A stretch of 64,000 bases of DNA from Promethearchaeota archaeon (GTDB taxonomy: Archaea; Asgardarchaeota; Lokiarchaeia; Sigyniarchaeales; SOKP01). The position numbers and the translations under genes are program-made. Location of the stretch: assembly GCA_019058445.1 (NCBI GenBank), contig JAHPZA010000006.1:160001-224000 (forward strand). The letters run 5' to 3'. Numbering within the stretch: position 1 is the first letter of the stretch; each line of letters starts with the position of its first letter. Shown here one piece after another: positions 30,418 to 42,243 of this stretch. Under the pieces are notes generated by a model. It saw only the letters and a list, made by a program, of their open reading frames with translations, ran no database searches and had not been told where the DNA came from.

Positions 30418-30688
30418 TATTTCCTCAAATGATGGTTTATTAATTATAAGTAGAAATTTAGAACGATTGGAATAAAATGTAAATTATGAATAATCCGCGT
30501 TTTAATTTGTCTTGAATTGTATTTCAAAATGTTAAAATGTCTTAAAGTATGAATTTCAAATAAGTAAAAATCTTATTTTATATAACTAAATGTTTAATAA
30601 TAGCAAAATAGATAAGAATAAATATAAATGCACAAAAAAATTGTTCTTTCTAAATTGCTACTAAGAGAAATTACGATCAGTAAAAGAT

Positions 30689-31540
30689 TTGGTGAAAACT
30701 TTGGAATTAGGGTTTGGTTCATTTGGTCATTTTATGGAATTTGCCTTTACACAAAAGTTTGATAACGGAATAGATTTATTGTTAAAATCTACTGAGGCAG
30801 GTCTACTATTTGCCGAAGAAAATAATATTAAGATTTGTGAAATATTTTTTGATCCAGCAGATATATTTATAGAAGAGAATAAAGAGAAGTTTATTGATTT
30901 ATGCAATTCATTCTCAGTTAAAAAACAGATTCATGCCCCTCTTATTGATGTGTGCTTGTGTTCAACAAATCCATTTATTTCTAATACCACGCTGGATTTA
31001 TTTATCGAAATAAGTAAGATATGTGATAAAGTTGATGCCCAAGTCTTTAATATTTGTCCAGGAAGCTCCTTCCTCGCGAATTTTGATTCAATTAAAGCTT
31101 TCAATAGAAAAAGATTGATTGAGAGCACAACCAAATTGTTAGACGCGACTTCCAATTTAAACGTGAAAATTTGCATGGAACACATGCCGAATGCGTTTGG
31201 AATGAAAATGTTATTGTACTTGGAAGAAATTGAACAGTTTTTTTCTGAATTAAACAGAGAGGACATATTTATGACATGGGATACAAGCCATTCTTGGACT
31301 TGTGACATTGACCTTGAAATGTTTTGGGAAAAATTTCATAATATTATTAAAAATATTCATCTTTCTGATAATAATAACAAAAGAAGGGATGAGCATCCCG
31401 CTTTAGGTTCTGGAAAAGTAGATTTCGAAGAAATTTTTAATTTAATTCAAAAATACAACTATGATTGTAGCTTAATAGTAGAAGTTAGCTTTGCACGGGA
31501 TTTACCTAAAAGTCTAGCCTTTATAACAAAATTCTTATAA
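30689..31540 (+). CDS. Sugar phosphate isomerase/epimerase (xylose isomerase-like TIM barrel)
   Basis: IHAP, EHMP, WDTSH, IHLSDN...DEHPALGSG.VD, VEV. Confidence 0.85.
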   Translation: MVKTLELGFGSFGHFMEFAFTQKFDNGIDLLLKSTEAGLLFAEENNIKICEIFFDPADIFIEENKEKFIDLCNSFSVKKQIHAPLIDVCLCSTNPFISNTTLDLFIEISKICDKVDAQVFNICPGSSFLANFDSIKAFNRKRLIESTTKLLDATSNLNVKICMEHMPNAFGMKMLLYLEEIEQFFSELNREDIFMTWDTSHSWTCDIDLEMFWEKFHNIIKNIHLSDNNNKRRDEHPALGSGKVDFEEIFNLIQKYNYDCSLIVEVSFARDLPKSLAFITKFL

Positions 31541-31610
31541 ATTATTGGTAAAGATTCAATTTTACTCTAAAATAAAACAGAAACAAAAATAGATCTTAAT
31601 TCCCTCACTA

Positions 31611-31731
31611 ATTATCGCTACTTTTCTCACTTTATATTCACATAAGCTGTTTTGATTTATTTATATTATAAGATATAGATTTAATTTGTCTTAACTCATA
31701 TTTTAAAATTTTCGATAGAAATTTTGAAATT
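31611..31731. repeat. Repeat copy 3: shorter thiolase 5' fragment plus promoter
   Basis: attatcgctacttttctcacttta...agatatagatttaatttgtctt...catattttaaaatt matches copy 1. Confidence 0.8.
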
Positions 31732-31851
31732 GCTTCTTGAATTTTCTATGAAAATCATTTCTGAAAATAGAACTTTTATATATTTCAAAGATTAATGATA
31801 TAACGTTAAGTTAAATTATCAAATTGTTATTTAAATTATTAGTGAATTAAA

Positions 31852-33189
31852 ATGGCAAGACAAAAGGTTATTTTACCTGAGGAGGGAATTCCCCGAGATA
31901 AGCTTCTTAAAATAATGAAAGAAGCAAGTAAAGAGGATGCGAATTGGAAGGATGGAAAAACGTGGGGGTTGGTAAATCGTGCTAGTGATGAGCATACTGA
32001 TCTGCTCAAAGAAGTATTTACCATGTTTTTTTCTGAAAACGCTTTAAGTCCATTCGTCTTTCCTAGTCTAAAAAAATTTGAATCAGAAGTAGTGTCGATG
32101 ACTATTGATTTATTAGGGGGAAATCGGAGAGCTTGTGGAAGTATGACTTCAGGGGGTACTGAAAGCATTTTACTCGCTGTAAAAACCTATAGAGATTGGG
32201 CACGTGAAAAGTTTCCAGAAATAATTGAGCCTGAAATGCTTTTACCTGGCTCAGCACATCCTTCTTTTGACAAGGCAGCTAAATATTTCGACGTTAAACC
32301 CATATATGTTCCTATTGATGACAAATCATATAGAGCAGACGTTAAGGCTATGAAAGATAAAATATCAGAAAATACCATTCTAATTGTGGGATCTGCGCCC
32401 GATTACCCTCGGGGAGTTGTAGATCCGATTACTGAACTTGGAGCTTTAGCGAAGCAAAGTGGTATAGGAATGCACGTTGATGCGTGTCTAGGGGGATATA
32501 TGCTACCCTTTGTTAGAAAATTAGGATATAAAATTCCAGATTTCGATTTTTCAGTGCCTGGGGTCACCTCAATTTCTGCAGACATACATAAGTATGGATA
32601 TGGGGCTAAAGGCTCATCGACAATCTTATATCGAAAAGATGAGTTGTTGAAATATCAATACTGTGCAACTGTTGATTGGTCAGGGGGAATTTACGCATCT
32701 CCTGCCATGCAGGGCAGTCGATCAGCTGGAACGATCGCTGCAGCATGGGCGGCCTTAAATGCATTAGGAGAGAGCGGCTATTTAAAACTGGCAAAAGTAG
32801 TGATGGATACGACTAAAAGATTAATCAAGGGAATCGAAGAGATTCCCGAATTATACGTATTAGGAAAGCCTGACATGAGTGTGTATTCTTTTACATCAGA
32901 CAAATTTCATATATATAATATAGCGGACGCCATGGAAAGACGAGGCTGGCATTTAGACCGTCTACAATTTCCTCCAGCAATTCATATGACTGTAAACCCG
33001 CCTAATTCTAAAGTTATAGAACCATTTTTAAAAGATCTCAACGAAAGCGTTGAAGAGGTCATTAACAATCCCGAAAAAAAAGCAGATCGTCAGTCAGCAT
33101 TGTATGAAATGATAGCAACAGCACCCGATCGGGAATCAGTAAAAGATTTTGTACTTGATTTTCTAAAAGATCTTTATAAGGCTAAATGA
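31852..33189 (+). CDS. Sphingosine-1-phosphate lyase-like PLP-dependent decarboxylase/lyase
   Basis: TSGGTESILLA, AHPSFDKA, GSAP.YP.G..DPI, HVDACLGG, SADIHKYGY. Confidence 0.85.
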   Translation: MARQKVILPEEGIPRDKLLKIMKEASKEDANWKDGKTWGLVNRASDEHTDLLKEVFTMFFSENALSPFVFPSLKKFESEVVSMTIDLLGGNRRACGSMTSGGTESILLAVKTYRDWAREKFPEIIEPEMLLPGSAHPSFDKAAKYFDVKPIYVPIDDKSYRADVKAMKDKISENTILIVGSAPDYPRGVVDPITELGALAKQSGIGMHVDACLGGYMLPFVRKLGYKIPDFDFSVPGVTSISADIHKYGYGAKGSSTILYRKDELLKYQYCATVDWSGGIYASPAMQGSRSAGTIAAAWAALNALGESGYLKLAKVVMDTTKRLIKGIEEIPELYVLGKPDMSVYSFTSDKFHIYNIADAMERRGWHLDRLQFPPAIHMTVNPPNSKVIEPFLKDLNESVEEVINNPEKKADRQSALYEMIATAPDRESVKDFVLDFLKDLYKAK

Positions 33190-33420
33190 TTCCTTTACAG
33201 AATTGATTACACTTAGAATTAGTATAATAATTTAAATAATAATTTTTACTAAATTGTTAAAGTTTCTTTTGAATTACAAACGAACGAAAAACAAAAAATA
33301 AACCAAGATTTAAATACAGTTTTAATTGCTATAAAAGCATAATTTTAATAGATATTTATTATATCGATTTAAAAACGGAATTTTAGCACTAAAGGATAAA
33401 GGTTTAAGGGGATATTAAAA

Positions 33421-34548
33421 GTGGCAAGTACGGTAATTGTTGAATTACAAATATATGGTGGAGTTTTAGGGGTTATCGCATGTTTAGTCATGGTTTATGT
33501 TTGTGCTACGAAGCGTCGAGAATTATATCTTTGGTGCGTTGCTTATATTGCTACAGTTATAGGGCAGATTATAGTAGCGATTACCAATTCTCTAAATTCG
33601 GGACAGGATCTTATAGGTAATATTTTTTATGTAGCAGGAGTTACAATAATTTTCATAGCTATTCTAAAAGAATATTCTGAAATATTTCTTAAAGAAAAAA
33701 TGCACTTCTTAAAAAGAAATATAACTATGGCAGCTGTCGCTGTGAGTCCAATCGTGATTGGACTAGAAATTTTTATAGTAATTATGTGTATACTAGGAGC
33801 TGTCTTACTCTTTCGAATTTACTTATATAAAAGAACACCTACGCATGCTTTTTTATGTATCCTTCTCTTGGCGGGTTTCATGACAATAATGTTTACTGTA
33901 CTTGATTCAATTGAAGTAGAGAATATGAGAATTTTCGGCCAAGCGAGCACGATCTTTTTTGATACCTTATTATTGTCAACTGCATGTGTAGCACTTGTTG
34001 AGCAAAAGATTACTAAGACATCATCAGCATTAACAAATGTAATTTCTACTGCTTCAGAGGCAAGTATTAACGTGTCAAATATCGCTACGGAATTAGCGGC
34101 AAGCGCAAGTGAGGTAAACGCCTCCTCCGAAGAGATCGCTTCGACAGTTCAAAACGTCAATCAAGAAGCTCTCACTATCCAAACTTATTCTGATGACTTA
34201 CGGAATGTGATGCAATTAATTAGAAATATTTCAGACCAAACCAATTTATTAGCGTTGAATGCGAGCATTGAAGCAGGCAGGGCAGGTGAGCTTGGAAGAG
34301 GCTTCGCAGTGGTAGCTAATGAAGTTCGTAAATTAGCCGAAGAATCAAAGAAAGCAGTGATGGACACGGGAGAAAAGATTGACGTGATTATAAATAAAAT
34401 TCAAACTACAACAGATGCAATGGAAGGTATAAATGCTTCTACTGAGGAACAAACGGCCTCTATGGAAGAAATTACTTCAACCGCAAATAGATTAGGTACA
34501 TTAGCGGAGGATCTCAAGGATCAATTAACAAATTATGACGAGAATTAA
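33421..34548 (+). CDS. Methyl-accepting chemotaxis-like protein with 6-TM sensor
   Basis: [33 protein letters not shown]. Confidence 0.92.
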   Translation: MASTVIVELQIYGGVLGVIACLVMVYVCATKRRELYLWCVAYIATVIGQIIVAITNSLNSGQDLIGNIFYVAGVTIIFIAILKEYSEIFLKEKMHFLKRNITMAAVAVSPIVIGLEIFIVIMCILGAVLLFRIYLYKRTPTHAFLCILLLAGFMTIMFTVLDSIEVENMRIFGQASTIFFDTLLLSTACVALVEQKITKTSSALTNVISTASEASINVSNIATELAASASEVNASSEEIASTVQNVNQEALTIQTYSDDLRNVMQLIRNISDQTNLLALNASIEAGRAGELGRGFAVVANEVRKLAEESKKAVMDTGEKIDVIINKIQTTTDAMEGINASTEEQTASMEEITSTANRLGTLAEDLKDQLTNYDEN

Positions 34549-34827
34549 ATATAATTATATATAGAATTTCAAACAAAAACAAATCACTAAGAAGAATAAT
34601 TAAAATCTTTCTTCTAATGGAAAAAAATTTTCTTTTATTTTTACTAATCTTTTTTTAGATTTTTTTCTAATTAATAACGGAGCGATTTCTTTAGCAGATA
34701 GAGCAAAAATTACTAGAAAAATTAATGATTTTAAGTATGTCTACTAACATATCATGGATAATTTTAAATATTAGGAGTTTTACTATATTAAAAATTTATA
34801 TAAAAAACTGTTAAAAGGAGATCAAAA

Positions 34828-35622
34828 ATAGCTGAAATATACCCTGAATTAAGCATAATCGAAGTAGTCCTAGTTATAGCCGCATCAATAATGATGGCGA
34901 TTGTTTATCAAAAGCGACGCGATTTAATTTTTTGGCTTCTTACATATATTACTTTAACAATCGGGGTGGTTATTAGCGCCATAACGGATATAACAAATCC
35001 AGGAGGGGTAGGACATTTTATTAGCAGAATTTTTTACGTAAGTGCGTCATTAATTTTATTCATTGGAGTATTTAAGGAATATTATGAAACATTTTTAAAA
35101 GAAAAGAATGAGAATAATAAAGCTAAACTTGTATTAAGCACAGTTATTGTTGCTATTCCTCTTATTGTTATTTTAGAAATTTTCATAATTATTTGCTGTG
35201 GAATTTGCGCAGCTATGTTACTTCGAATTTCCTTTAAGAAAAAAACATTTACTCATGCGTTCTTAAGTCTATCTATTTTTAATGTGCTACTCAGTTTAAT
35301 TTTAACCGTTATAGAAACTATTGGAGTTGAAGGGATGACCCTATATAGTCTTGGTATGAATATAATCTTCTTTACAACTCTTTTAATTACTGCTATTGTT
35401 GCATTGTTGGATCAGAAAGTTATTGACGCTTCAAATGAAAAAGACTATTTGAAAGATAAATATTCGCATGAACTAGGTAATATTCTCCATACAATTTCTA
35501 TGACTTATGACCTGATTAATGTTAAAGATAATTCTGAAATTAACCTAAATGACTTAGATAAATTAATAAAACTTAAAATAAAAGAAGCTTCAGATCTGGT
35601 AAGATTTATTCGTGGTCTATAG
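34828..35622 (+). CDS. 6-TM sensor (MCP-paralogous) fused to a HisKA-like helix without an ATPase domain; probable ATA start
   Basis: ATA-AEIYPELSII aligns with [11 protein letters not shown] of 35870; SD AAGGAG; C-terminal YSHELGNIL. Confidence 0.7.
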   Translation: MAEIYPELSIIEVVLVIAASIMMAIVYQKRRDLIFWLLTYITLTIGVVISAITDITNPGGVGHFISRIFYVSASLILFIGVFKEYYETFLKEKNENNKAKLVLSTVIVAIPLIVILEIFIIICCGICAAMLLRISFKKKTFTHAFLSLSIFNVLLSLILTVIETIGVEGMTLYSLGMNIIFFTTLLITAIVALLDQKVIDASNEKDYLKDKYSHELGNILHTISMTYDLINVKDNSEINLNDLDKLIKLKIKEASDLVRFIRGL

Positions 35623-35869
35623 CTCTGTAAAATTCAATTTCTCGAATAAAACAAGGTCTTTTACTAATTTCATCCAAATCACTTTGCCATAATGTGTTAC
35701 TCTCATTTCTGATCAGCACGAAATAGTAGAAAAAAAATTAACTTTAAAAGGTATTATTTTAGCTAGAAATTCTAAATTAGAAAAGTTATCTTACTCGGAT
35801 AACAATTTTTCTATTAAATTTTTGTTTCAAATTATTATTTTAATTAATCATTTGAAGGGGATATAAAAA

Positions 35870-37003
35870 GTGGCAGAACCATATCCAGAATTAAGTATAC
35901 TTATTGCAATTTTAGGAGTTTCTGCATCACTCATTATGACATTAGTCTATCTTAAAAGGCGCGAACTATTGCTAATGTTTATAGCTTATATTATCACGGC
36001 AATTGGAGTAGTAATTAGCGTTGCTAGTGAGTTAACAGATCCAGGGGGCCCTGGACATTTAGTTAGTAGAATATTTTACATGATAGCAATTATAGCATTG
36101 TTTATTTCGGTTTTTAAGGAATATTACGCCGAATTCATTAATCAAAAAATCGATAAAAATCTAGTTAAATATACAATGATTGCTGCTGCTACTACATTCA
36201 GTCCTGCTGTAATAAGTTTAGAATTAATGGTCATAATATTTAGCGGAACAAGTGCGATGATGTTATTAAGGTTATATTGGAAAAAAAGAAATGCGGCCCA
36301 TGCTTTTTTATGTTTTTCTTTGTTAACTGTATTACTTTACTTAATTTTACTAGTTATCGAATCATTTGGAGTTGAAGAGATAAGATTACTTGCTCAAGGT
36401 GTAAATATAATCTTTTTTACAATGCTTTTAGTTTCAGCTGTAGTAGCTTTATTAGATCAAAGAATCATGAACTCAATGGATTCTTTAAAAAATGTAATTA
36501 GTGTTGCCTCAGACACAAGCGTTAATGTTTCAAACATCGCTACGGAATTGGCAGCAAGTGCGAGTGAGGTAAACGCCTCATCCGAAGAAATCGCCTCGAC
36601 AGTTCAGAATGTCAACCAAGAAGCTTTAACCATTCAAAATTATTCTGATGATTTACGCAATGTAATGCAATTAATTAGAAATATTTCTGATCAAACTAAT
36701 CTACTCGCATTAAATGCCAGCATCGAAGCAGGAAGGGCAGGAGAGTTAGGACGAGGCTTTGCAGTGGTAGCTGATGAGGTTCGCAAACTAGCCGAAGAAT
36801 CGAAGAAAGCAGTCATGGATACTGGAAACAAAATCGATGTCATAATCGAAAAAATTCGCTCCACAACTGAATCAATGGAGGGAATAAATGCTTCCACTGA
36901 AGAACAGACTGCCTCTATGGAAGAGATCACTTCAACCGCAAATAGGTTAGGCACATTAGCAGAGGATCTAAAAGATCAATTAATTAATTATGAAGAAAAC
37001 TAA
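35870..37003 (+). CDS. Methyl-accepting chemotaxis-like protein with 6-TM sensor
   Basis: MCP hairpin motif; C-terminus nearly identical to 33421-34548. Confidence 0.92.
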   Translation: MAEPYPELSILIAILGVSASLIMTLVYLKRRELLLMFIAYIITAIGVVISVASELTDPGGPGHLVSRIFYMIAIIALFISVFKEYYAEFINQKIDKNLVKYTMIAAATTFSPAVISLELMVIIFSGTSAMMLLRLYWKKRNAAHAFLCFSLLTVLLYLILLVIESFGVEEIRLLAQGVNIIFFTMLLVSAVVALLDQRIMNSMDSLKNVISVASDTSVNVSNIATELAASASEVNASSEEIASTVQNVNQEALTIQNYSDDLRNVMQLIRNISDQTNLLALNASIEAGRAGELGRGFAVVADEVRKLAEESKKAVMDTGNKIDVIIEKIRSTTESMEGINASTEEQTASMEEITSTANRLGTLAEDLKDQLINYEEN

Positions 37004-37049
37004 AGATATATCTTAATTAATTTACTTTTAATTTTTTTATTTTCATTTC

Positions 37050-40000
37050 TTATCTTTTGTTCAATCTTATAGTAAATGTAGTTCCCTTATTTCTCCCCTC
37101 AGATTTTACCAAAATTTCACCGTTGTGTAGATCAACAATATGTTTTGAGATAAATAAACCGAGACCTGAACCTTCAATATCTACATCTAATCCCTTACCA
37201 TACCGCTCTATTTTGCCAAATTTTTCAAATAATTTTTTCTTTTCCTCGTCGGTCAAGCCAACTCCGGTATCTTTTATCTGAATTTCAATATATTCCGGAT
37301 TTTCATTTGTACTTATAAATATCATACCTTCTGTTGGAGTATTCTTTATAGCATTTGATATTATATTAGTGAGAACCTGTTCAAGACGTAATTTATCGAC
37401 TTTATGATAAATTTTATCAGGCAAATTTAATTTTAAGGTGAGTTGTCGACTACTTATTAAATAAATCATCTCCTCAACGCATTCATTGATTAGTTCCACA
37501 AGATTTTCCATATTTAAATTTAATTTTAATTTTTGGATTGTTATTTTTGATACATCTAATAAATTCTCAATCAACGACTTTAATCTAAAACATCCCTTAT
37601 AAATGGTTTGAATCAGTTGTGTAATATTTCCATCAAATTTATTCTCATATTGTTTTAAAAGAATTTCAGATGCCATATAAGTAGAGGTTAAAGGAGTCTT
37701 TAACTCATGAGAGACACGTGTAATTATATCTTCCCTCATTTCATCAAGTTCCTTTAATTTTTTTATTTCTTCGAGTATAAGTCTTTCTGCTTCTTTCTTT
37801 TCTGTAATATCTATTATAACCTCAATTGCTTTATTAGTTGTTCCATCAGCATTAGGAATCGGAGCAGAAAAGATTTCATAATTCCTATTATCAACAGCAG
37901 ATTGTTCTATATGTTCAATAGTATTAGTGTTTATCGATTTCATTACAGGACAAACTTCACACGGCTCCTTTGACTCCATATATTTTTCATAACATAATTT
38001 ACCAATAAAATCTCCAAATCTTTCCTTCATTGTTTCATTCATATATTGAACTTTATAGTCATCTCCAATTATATCAATACCTAATCCTGCACTCGTTAAA
38101 CCATCAATTATTGCTTTTAATTTATCTCTCTCTGTTTTTAATGCTTTTTCTGCCTGCTTACGTTCAGTAATATCTACAATCATAGAACGTGATTGAATGA
38201 TGTTTCCCTCTTGATCTAAAATGGGATTTACAGTTAAACTTATCCAAACAAGCTCATCATTTTTTTTTTTCATTTGGAGTTCTTCATCTTGAATAAGTTC
38301 GCCTTTTAAAAATCGTTTAAAAAGTTGTTTAGCTTTAGCTAATCCATTATCATTATCAGCATATAAATCAAAAATATTTTTATTTACTAACTCTTCTTTT
38401 GAATATCCTAAAAGTCTTACTGCTGCTTTATTACAAAGCTGAATTGTTTTATCAACCCCTATTGAAAAATAGGCATTTGGAGCTTCTTCATAAAGATCTT
38501 GATATAATCGTTCAGATTCTTTCAATTTTTGTTCTACTTTCTTTTGTTCTGTTATATCTCGACAGATTGAATGAAAATAAGTTTTATCTTTTAGTACCAT
38601 AGTTCTTATTCTAACAAAGATATTCCTAATATATCCATTTTTGGTTCTGAAAGTTGTTTCAAAGTCATCAAATCCTTTATTTTTAATAATGTTAATATGC
38701 TTAATCATATCATCCTTGTCTTCACTTGCTTCATAATCTGAAAGTTTTAGTTTAGTGAATTCTTCTTCAGTATATCCTAAAATTCGACAGAGACTCTTGT
38801 TAAATTCAATTGCTTGTAAACTGTCTGGATCTAGTATCATTACTCCATCTGGAGATTGTTCAAATAACATTCGATATCTTTCTTCTGAATCTCTTAATTT
38901 TTGATCCAGTTTCATTTTTTCTGTCATGTCTTGGTATACTGCAACTATTTCTCCCGAAGGTATTTTGTATACATAATTTTCCCTCCACCCTTGAATTCGT
39001 TGATCTTCATATAAAGTAATGGGATGATGTTCTGGAACTCCCGTCTTCCAAACCCTTTTAAATACGTCAAGGAGTCCAAACTCATGAACTCCGGGAAACA
39101 TTTCGCATATTGTTTTACCTAGTAATTCATCTCGTGTTATTTGATCTGCCTTTTCAGCTGCTTTATTGTAGTCCCTAAACATAAAATCAGTTCCATCTTT
39201 GACAGCTTGATAAACAGCAACACATTCATTTAAATTTTCAACCAATTCTCGATATCTCTCTTCTGAATCGGTCAATTCTTGAAAATATAACCAATTACTT
39301 AATGAGTCACTAATTCGATGAGAAATCTCAGTAAATAATTCCTTTTCATACTCACTCCAAACACGAGGATATGAACATTGATGAATCCCAAATTCCCAAG
39401 GAGCACCAATTTTTGGATGAATAGCTACAGTTAGCATTGATTTGATATTAAATTGATCCCATGTTTCTCCTTTAGGGAAATCAAAAGCTTTTCCCGGTCC
39501 AAAAGCAATAGGACCATTGGAATCCAATAGATACCGAGTAATTTGAAGAACCTCAGGTCTCATTGGCAATCTTTTTCCGATCGAAAAGATACCTGGATAT
39601 TCTGGCTTAGTTGCTTCCATGGGAACTTCAAAACAATCTGCTTCAAGTTCTAATGGATACCTCAAGAAAGCTCTATCACAGTCAAAAACAAAAAGAATAG
39701 CATTTAGGAGAAAATTCAAAAGTTCTTCAAGGGTATGAATACTGTTAATTGAAGAATTAATGTATTGCAGATCATTAAGAAATCTAATATATTTTTTATC
39801 GCTCTCTGCAATCTCTTGTTCTCTCTTTTTTAATAAGCCCCACATGCTTTCCATGAATAAGGTTAGTTGTCTAACGTCATTCTGATCGTAGGGATTATCT
39901 TTATTACCAACACCTAATATCGCTACAATCTTTTCTCCATCAAATACTGGAATACTCATGTGCCTTATTACAGGAAAATGTCCTTCTGGGTAACCCTTTT

Positions 40001-40766
40001 TATTAGAGATATTTTGATAATCATTATGTATTACAGGTTTTCTCATTCGAAACGCGTCTGCCCATATTCCAGCATCTTCAATTGGATAATGCGTAACTTC
40101 CTCCGAATAGCATTGGTTCATAACATTTTTTGACCATAAATATAATTGAATAGTATTCTGATCTTCATTAACAAAATGAAGGTATCCTACTTTGCTATTG
40201 GTCAATCTAACACATTCTTCTAAAGCAAACTCTGTAATATCCTTTTTTGAAGCACTTTTCATCTGACTAAGTTTTAATAAACTATTAAGTCGTTCTTCAT
40301 CTAATTTTAGAGCATTAATTGTATTTTTAAGTTTAGTAATATCATGAAATATTTTCAATTTAGAGATTGTACCATCAATGTTTTTCAAAGGTGTTTCAGT
40401 AATATCATAGATTTTTTGATTAATATCAAAATATTTTTCTGATCTAATTGTTTTTCCCTCAAGAATATCTGACATCTTACACCATGGGCAAGGTTCTGAA
40501 CGTTCATAAGTATATTCATAACACTTCTTATTCTTTGGAGAACCAAATTCTTTTATCATTATTGGATTTACATATTCGATATTATAGGATTGATCTACAA
40601 TATAAATCCCATCCATTATTGAATTTAAAATATTAATAAGATTATCTCTCTCATTATTTATTTTTACTTCTGATTCTTTTGATATTTCTTCAGTTTCTTT
40701 ATTCTCAGTTATGTCTGCAATCTTCTTTAAAAAAGACCCAGTATTTACTTCTGGATGTTTAGACAT
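37050..40766 (-). CDS. Cytoplasmic multi-PAS/GAF sensor histidine kinase
   Basis: Several PAS (DIT.RK) and two GAF domains; SHELKTPLT H-box, NAIK, DTGVG, GSGLGL. Confidence 0.93.
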   Translation of the reverse strand: MSKHPEVNTGSFLKKIADITENKETEEISKESEVKINNERDNLINILNSIMDGIYIVDQSYNIEYVNPIMIKEFGSPKNKKCYEYTYERSEPCPWCKMSDILEGKTIRSEKYFDINQKIYDITETPLKNIDGTISKLKIFHDITKLKNTINALKLDEERLNSLLKLSQMKSASKKDITEFALEECVRLTNSKVGYLHFVNEDQNTIQLYLWSKNVMNQCYSEEVTHYPIEDAGIWADAFRMRKPVIHNDYQNISNKKGYPEGHFPVIRHMSIPVFDGEKIVAILGVGNKDNPYDQNDVRQLTLFMESMWGLLKKREQEIAESDKKYIRFLNDLQYINSSINSIHTLEELLNFLLNAILFVFDCDRAFLRYPLELEADCFEVPMEATKPEYPGIFSIGKRLPMRPEVLQITRYLLDSNGPIAFGPGKAFDFPKGETWDQFNIKSMLTVAIHPKIGAPWEFGIHQCSYPRVWSEYEKELFTEISHRISDSLSNWLYFQELTDSEERYRELVENLNECVAVYQAVKDGTDFMFRDYNKAAEKADQITRDELLGKTICEMFPGVHEFGLLDVFKRVWKTGVPEHHPITLYEDQRIQGWRENYVYKIPSGEIVAVYQDMTEKMKLDQKLRDSEERYRMLFEQSPDGVMILDPDSLQAIEFNKSLCRILGYTEEEFTKLKLSDYEASEDKDDMIKHINIIKNKGFDDFETTFRTKNGYIRNIFVRIRTMVLKDKTYFHSICRDITEQKKVEQKLKESERLYQDLYEEAPNAYFSIGVDKTIQLCNKAAVRLLGYSKEELVNKNIFDLYADNDNGLAKAKQLFKRFLKGELIQDEELQMKKKNDELVWISLTVNPILDQEGNIIQSRSMIVDITERKQAEKALKTERDKLKAIIDGLTSAGLGIDIIGDDYKVQYMNETMKERFGDFIGKLCYEKYMESKEPCEVCPVMKSINTNTIEHIEQSAVDNRNYEIFSAPIPNADGTTNKAIEVIIDITEKKEAERLILEEIKKLKELDEMREDIITRVSHELKTPLTSTYMASEILLKQYENKFDGNITQLIQTIYKGCFRLKSLIENLLDVSKITIQKLKLNLNMENLVELINECVEEMIYLISSRQLTLKLNLPDKIYHKVDKLRLEQVLTNIISNAIKNTPTEGMIFISTNENPEYIEIQIKDTGVGLTDEEKKKLFEKFGKIERYGKGLDVDIEGSGLGLFISKHIVDLHNGEILVKSEGRNKGTTFTIRLNKR

Positions 40767-41397
40767 TTTTATCCTCTCTTTTTAAAAACAGATGGTTGAA
40801 ATCTTCAATTCTTTTTAACTTTATTATCTTATAAAAAAAAATTATTGATATTTCTGATCATTACCTTCAAAAAACAAGAATTATATAAGGTTTTGGATAG
40901 AAATGTTAAATCTAAAAAATAATTCAGTTAAAATAATTTGAGTTAAAAATTGTATATTTCATTAAAAAATATGAGTTAAAATATTTTAAATTTTAAACCT
41001 AAGCACTAATACAAAATCTAAGTACAAAACATTAGAATTTTCTTAAAAAAAGTAATTAATTAGATCCTCATAAGAAAAATATGGATATAGTTTTAAAATC
41101 AAATATACTCGCAAAAAATGAGTAAATATAGTGAATTATTAAATCAAAAAAAAGGATTAATTATATAATTCAGTAAAAAAATTATCTTAATTAGATTTAA
41201 AGGAAGGTAGATTCTCATCCTTTTTTATTTTCTTAATCATATCTAGGTTTTTCCAAATAATGTCACAGCTATTGTTTATTGAATTGAAAATTTTAAGCAA
41301 TTTATTCAACATATCTTCAAAACTACGAGAGTAATTAGTATTTCAATTAAAATTAAAAAAAAAATTTCATAAGAAAAATCTTTTTTAAGTCAATAAA

Positions 41398-42243
41398 TTA
41401 TTTTTCATTTTTCATAATTAAGGAATTTTTTAAATCTTCAGAGAGGGTTCCTAATCTGTTTGCAGTGGCAGATATTTCTTCCATAGAAGCCGTTTGCTCT
41501 TCTGTAGATGCACTAATCCCTTCCATTGAACCTGTCGCTCCTTGAATCTTATTAATAATTCTATCTATTCTCTGACCTGTATTCATGATGGCATTTTTTG
41601 ATTCTTCGGCCAATTTGCGAACCTCATCAGCGACCACTGCGAAGCCTCGCCCATGTTCTCCTGCCCTTCCTGCTTCGATGCTGGCATTTAATGCGAGTAA
41701 ATTAGTTTGATCAGAAATATCTGTAATTAATTTCATTATATTACGTAAATCATCTGTGGAAGCCATGACTTCTTGAGTATCGCGAGAAATTTCTGAAACT
41801 GTTGAGGCGATTTCTTCGGATGAGGCGTTTACTTCACTGGCACTTGCAGCTAATTCTGTTGCGATATTTGCAACGTTTATAGAACTTTCTGTTGATTTTA
41901 TTATTAAATTCTCTAAAGTAGAGTTAGTTCTAACAATGATCTTGCAGGTGTATTCTATTAGTAAAATTACTACAACAATGCCAATAGAATATAATATTAT
42001 TGCAGATATCCACGAATTGTTGAAAGTTACCCCTTGAAGAAACGTTATAAATGAGATAAACACTAAGGACGCACTCATTAAGAACGCAACTTTATAATGC
42101 AGTTGACGGATATCTCTATTAAATCGAAAATAAAAATATAAGGCAAAGAAGATCATACATATACTTAATAACAAAAAGTTTAGGTTATTGTGATACCCTG
42201 CGCTGTTCCATAATTCATTATCTTGAAAGATTATTTTTATCAC
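41398..42243 (-). CDS. Methyl-accepting chemotaxis-like protein (3 TM)
   Basis: MCP hairpin motif. Confidence 0.9.
   Translation of the reverse strand: MIKIIFQDNELWNSAGYHNNLNFLLLSICMIFFALYFYFRFNRDIRQLHYKVAFLMSASLVFISFITFLQGVTFNNSWISAIILYSIGIVVVILLIEYTCKIIVRTNSTLENLIIKSTESSINVANIATELAASASEVNASSEEIASTVSEISRDTQEVMASTDDLRNIMKLITDISDQTNLLALNASIEAGRAGEHGRGFAVVADEVRKLAEESKNAIMNTGQRIDRIINKIQGATGSMEGISASTEEQTASMEEISATANRLGTLSEDLKNSLIMKNEK

Noticed and set aside
41187-41312. Small minus-strand ORF (MLNKLLKIF..., about 41 aa)
   Set aside because: No recognisable motif or ribosome-binding site; plausible by chance in AT-rich DNA.
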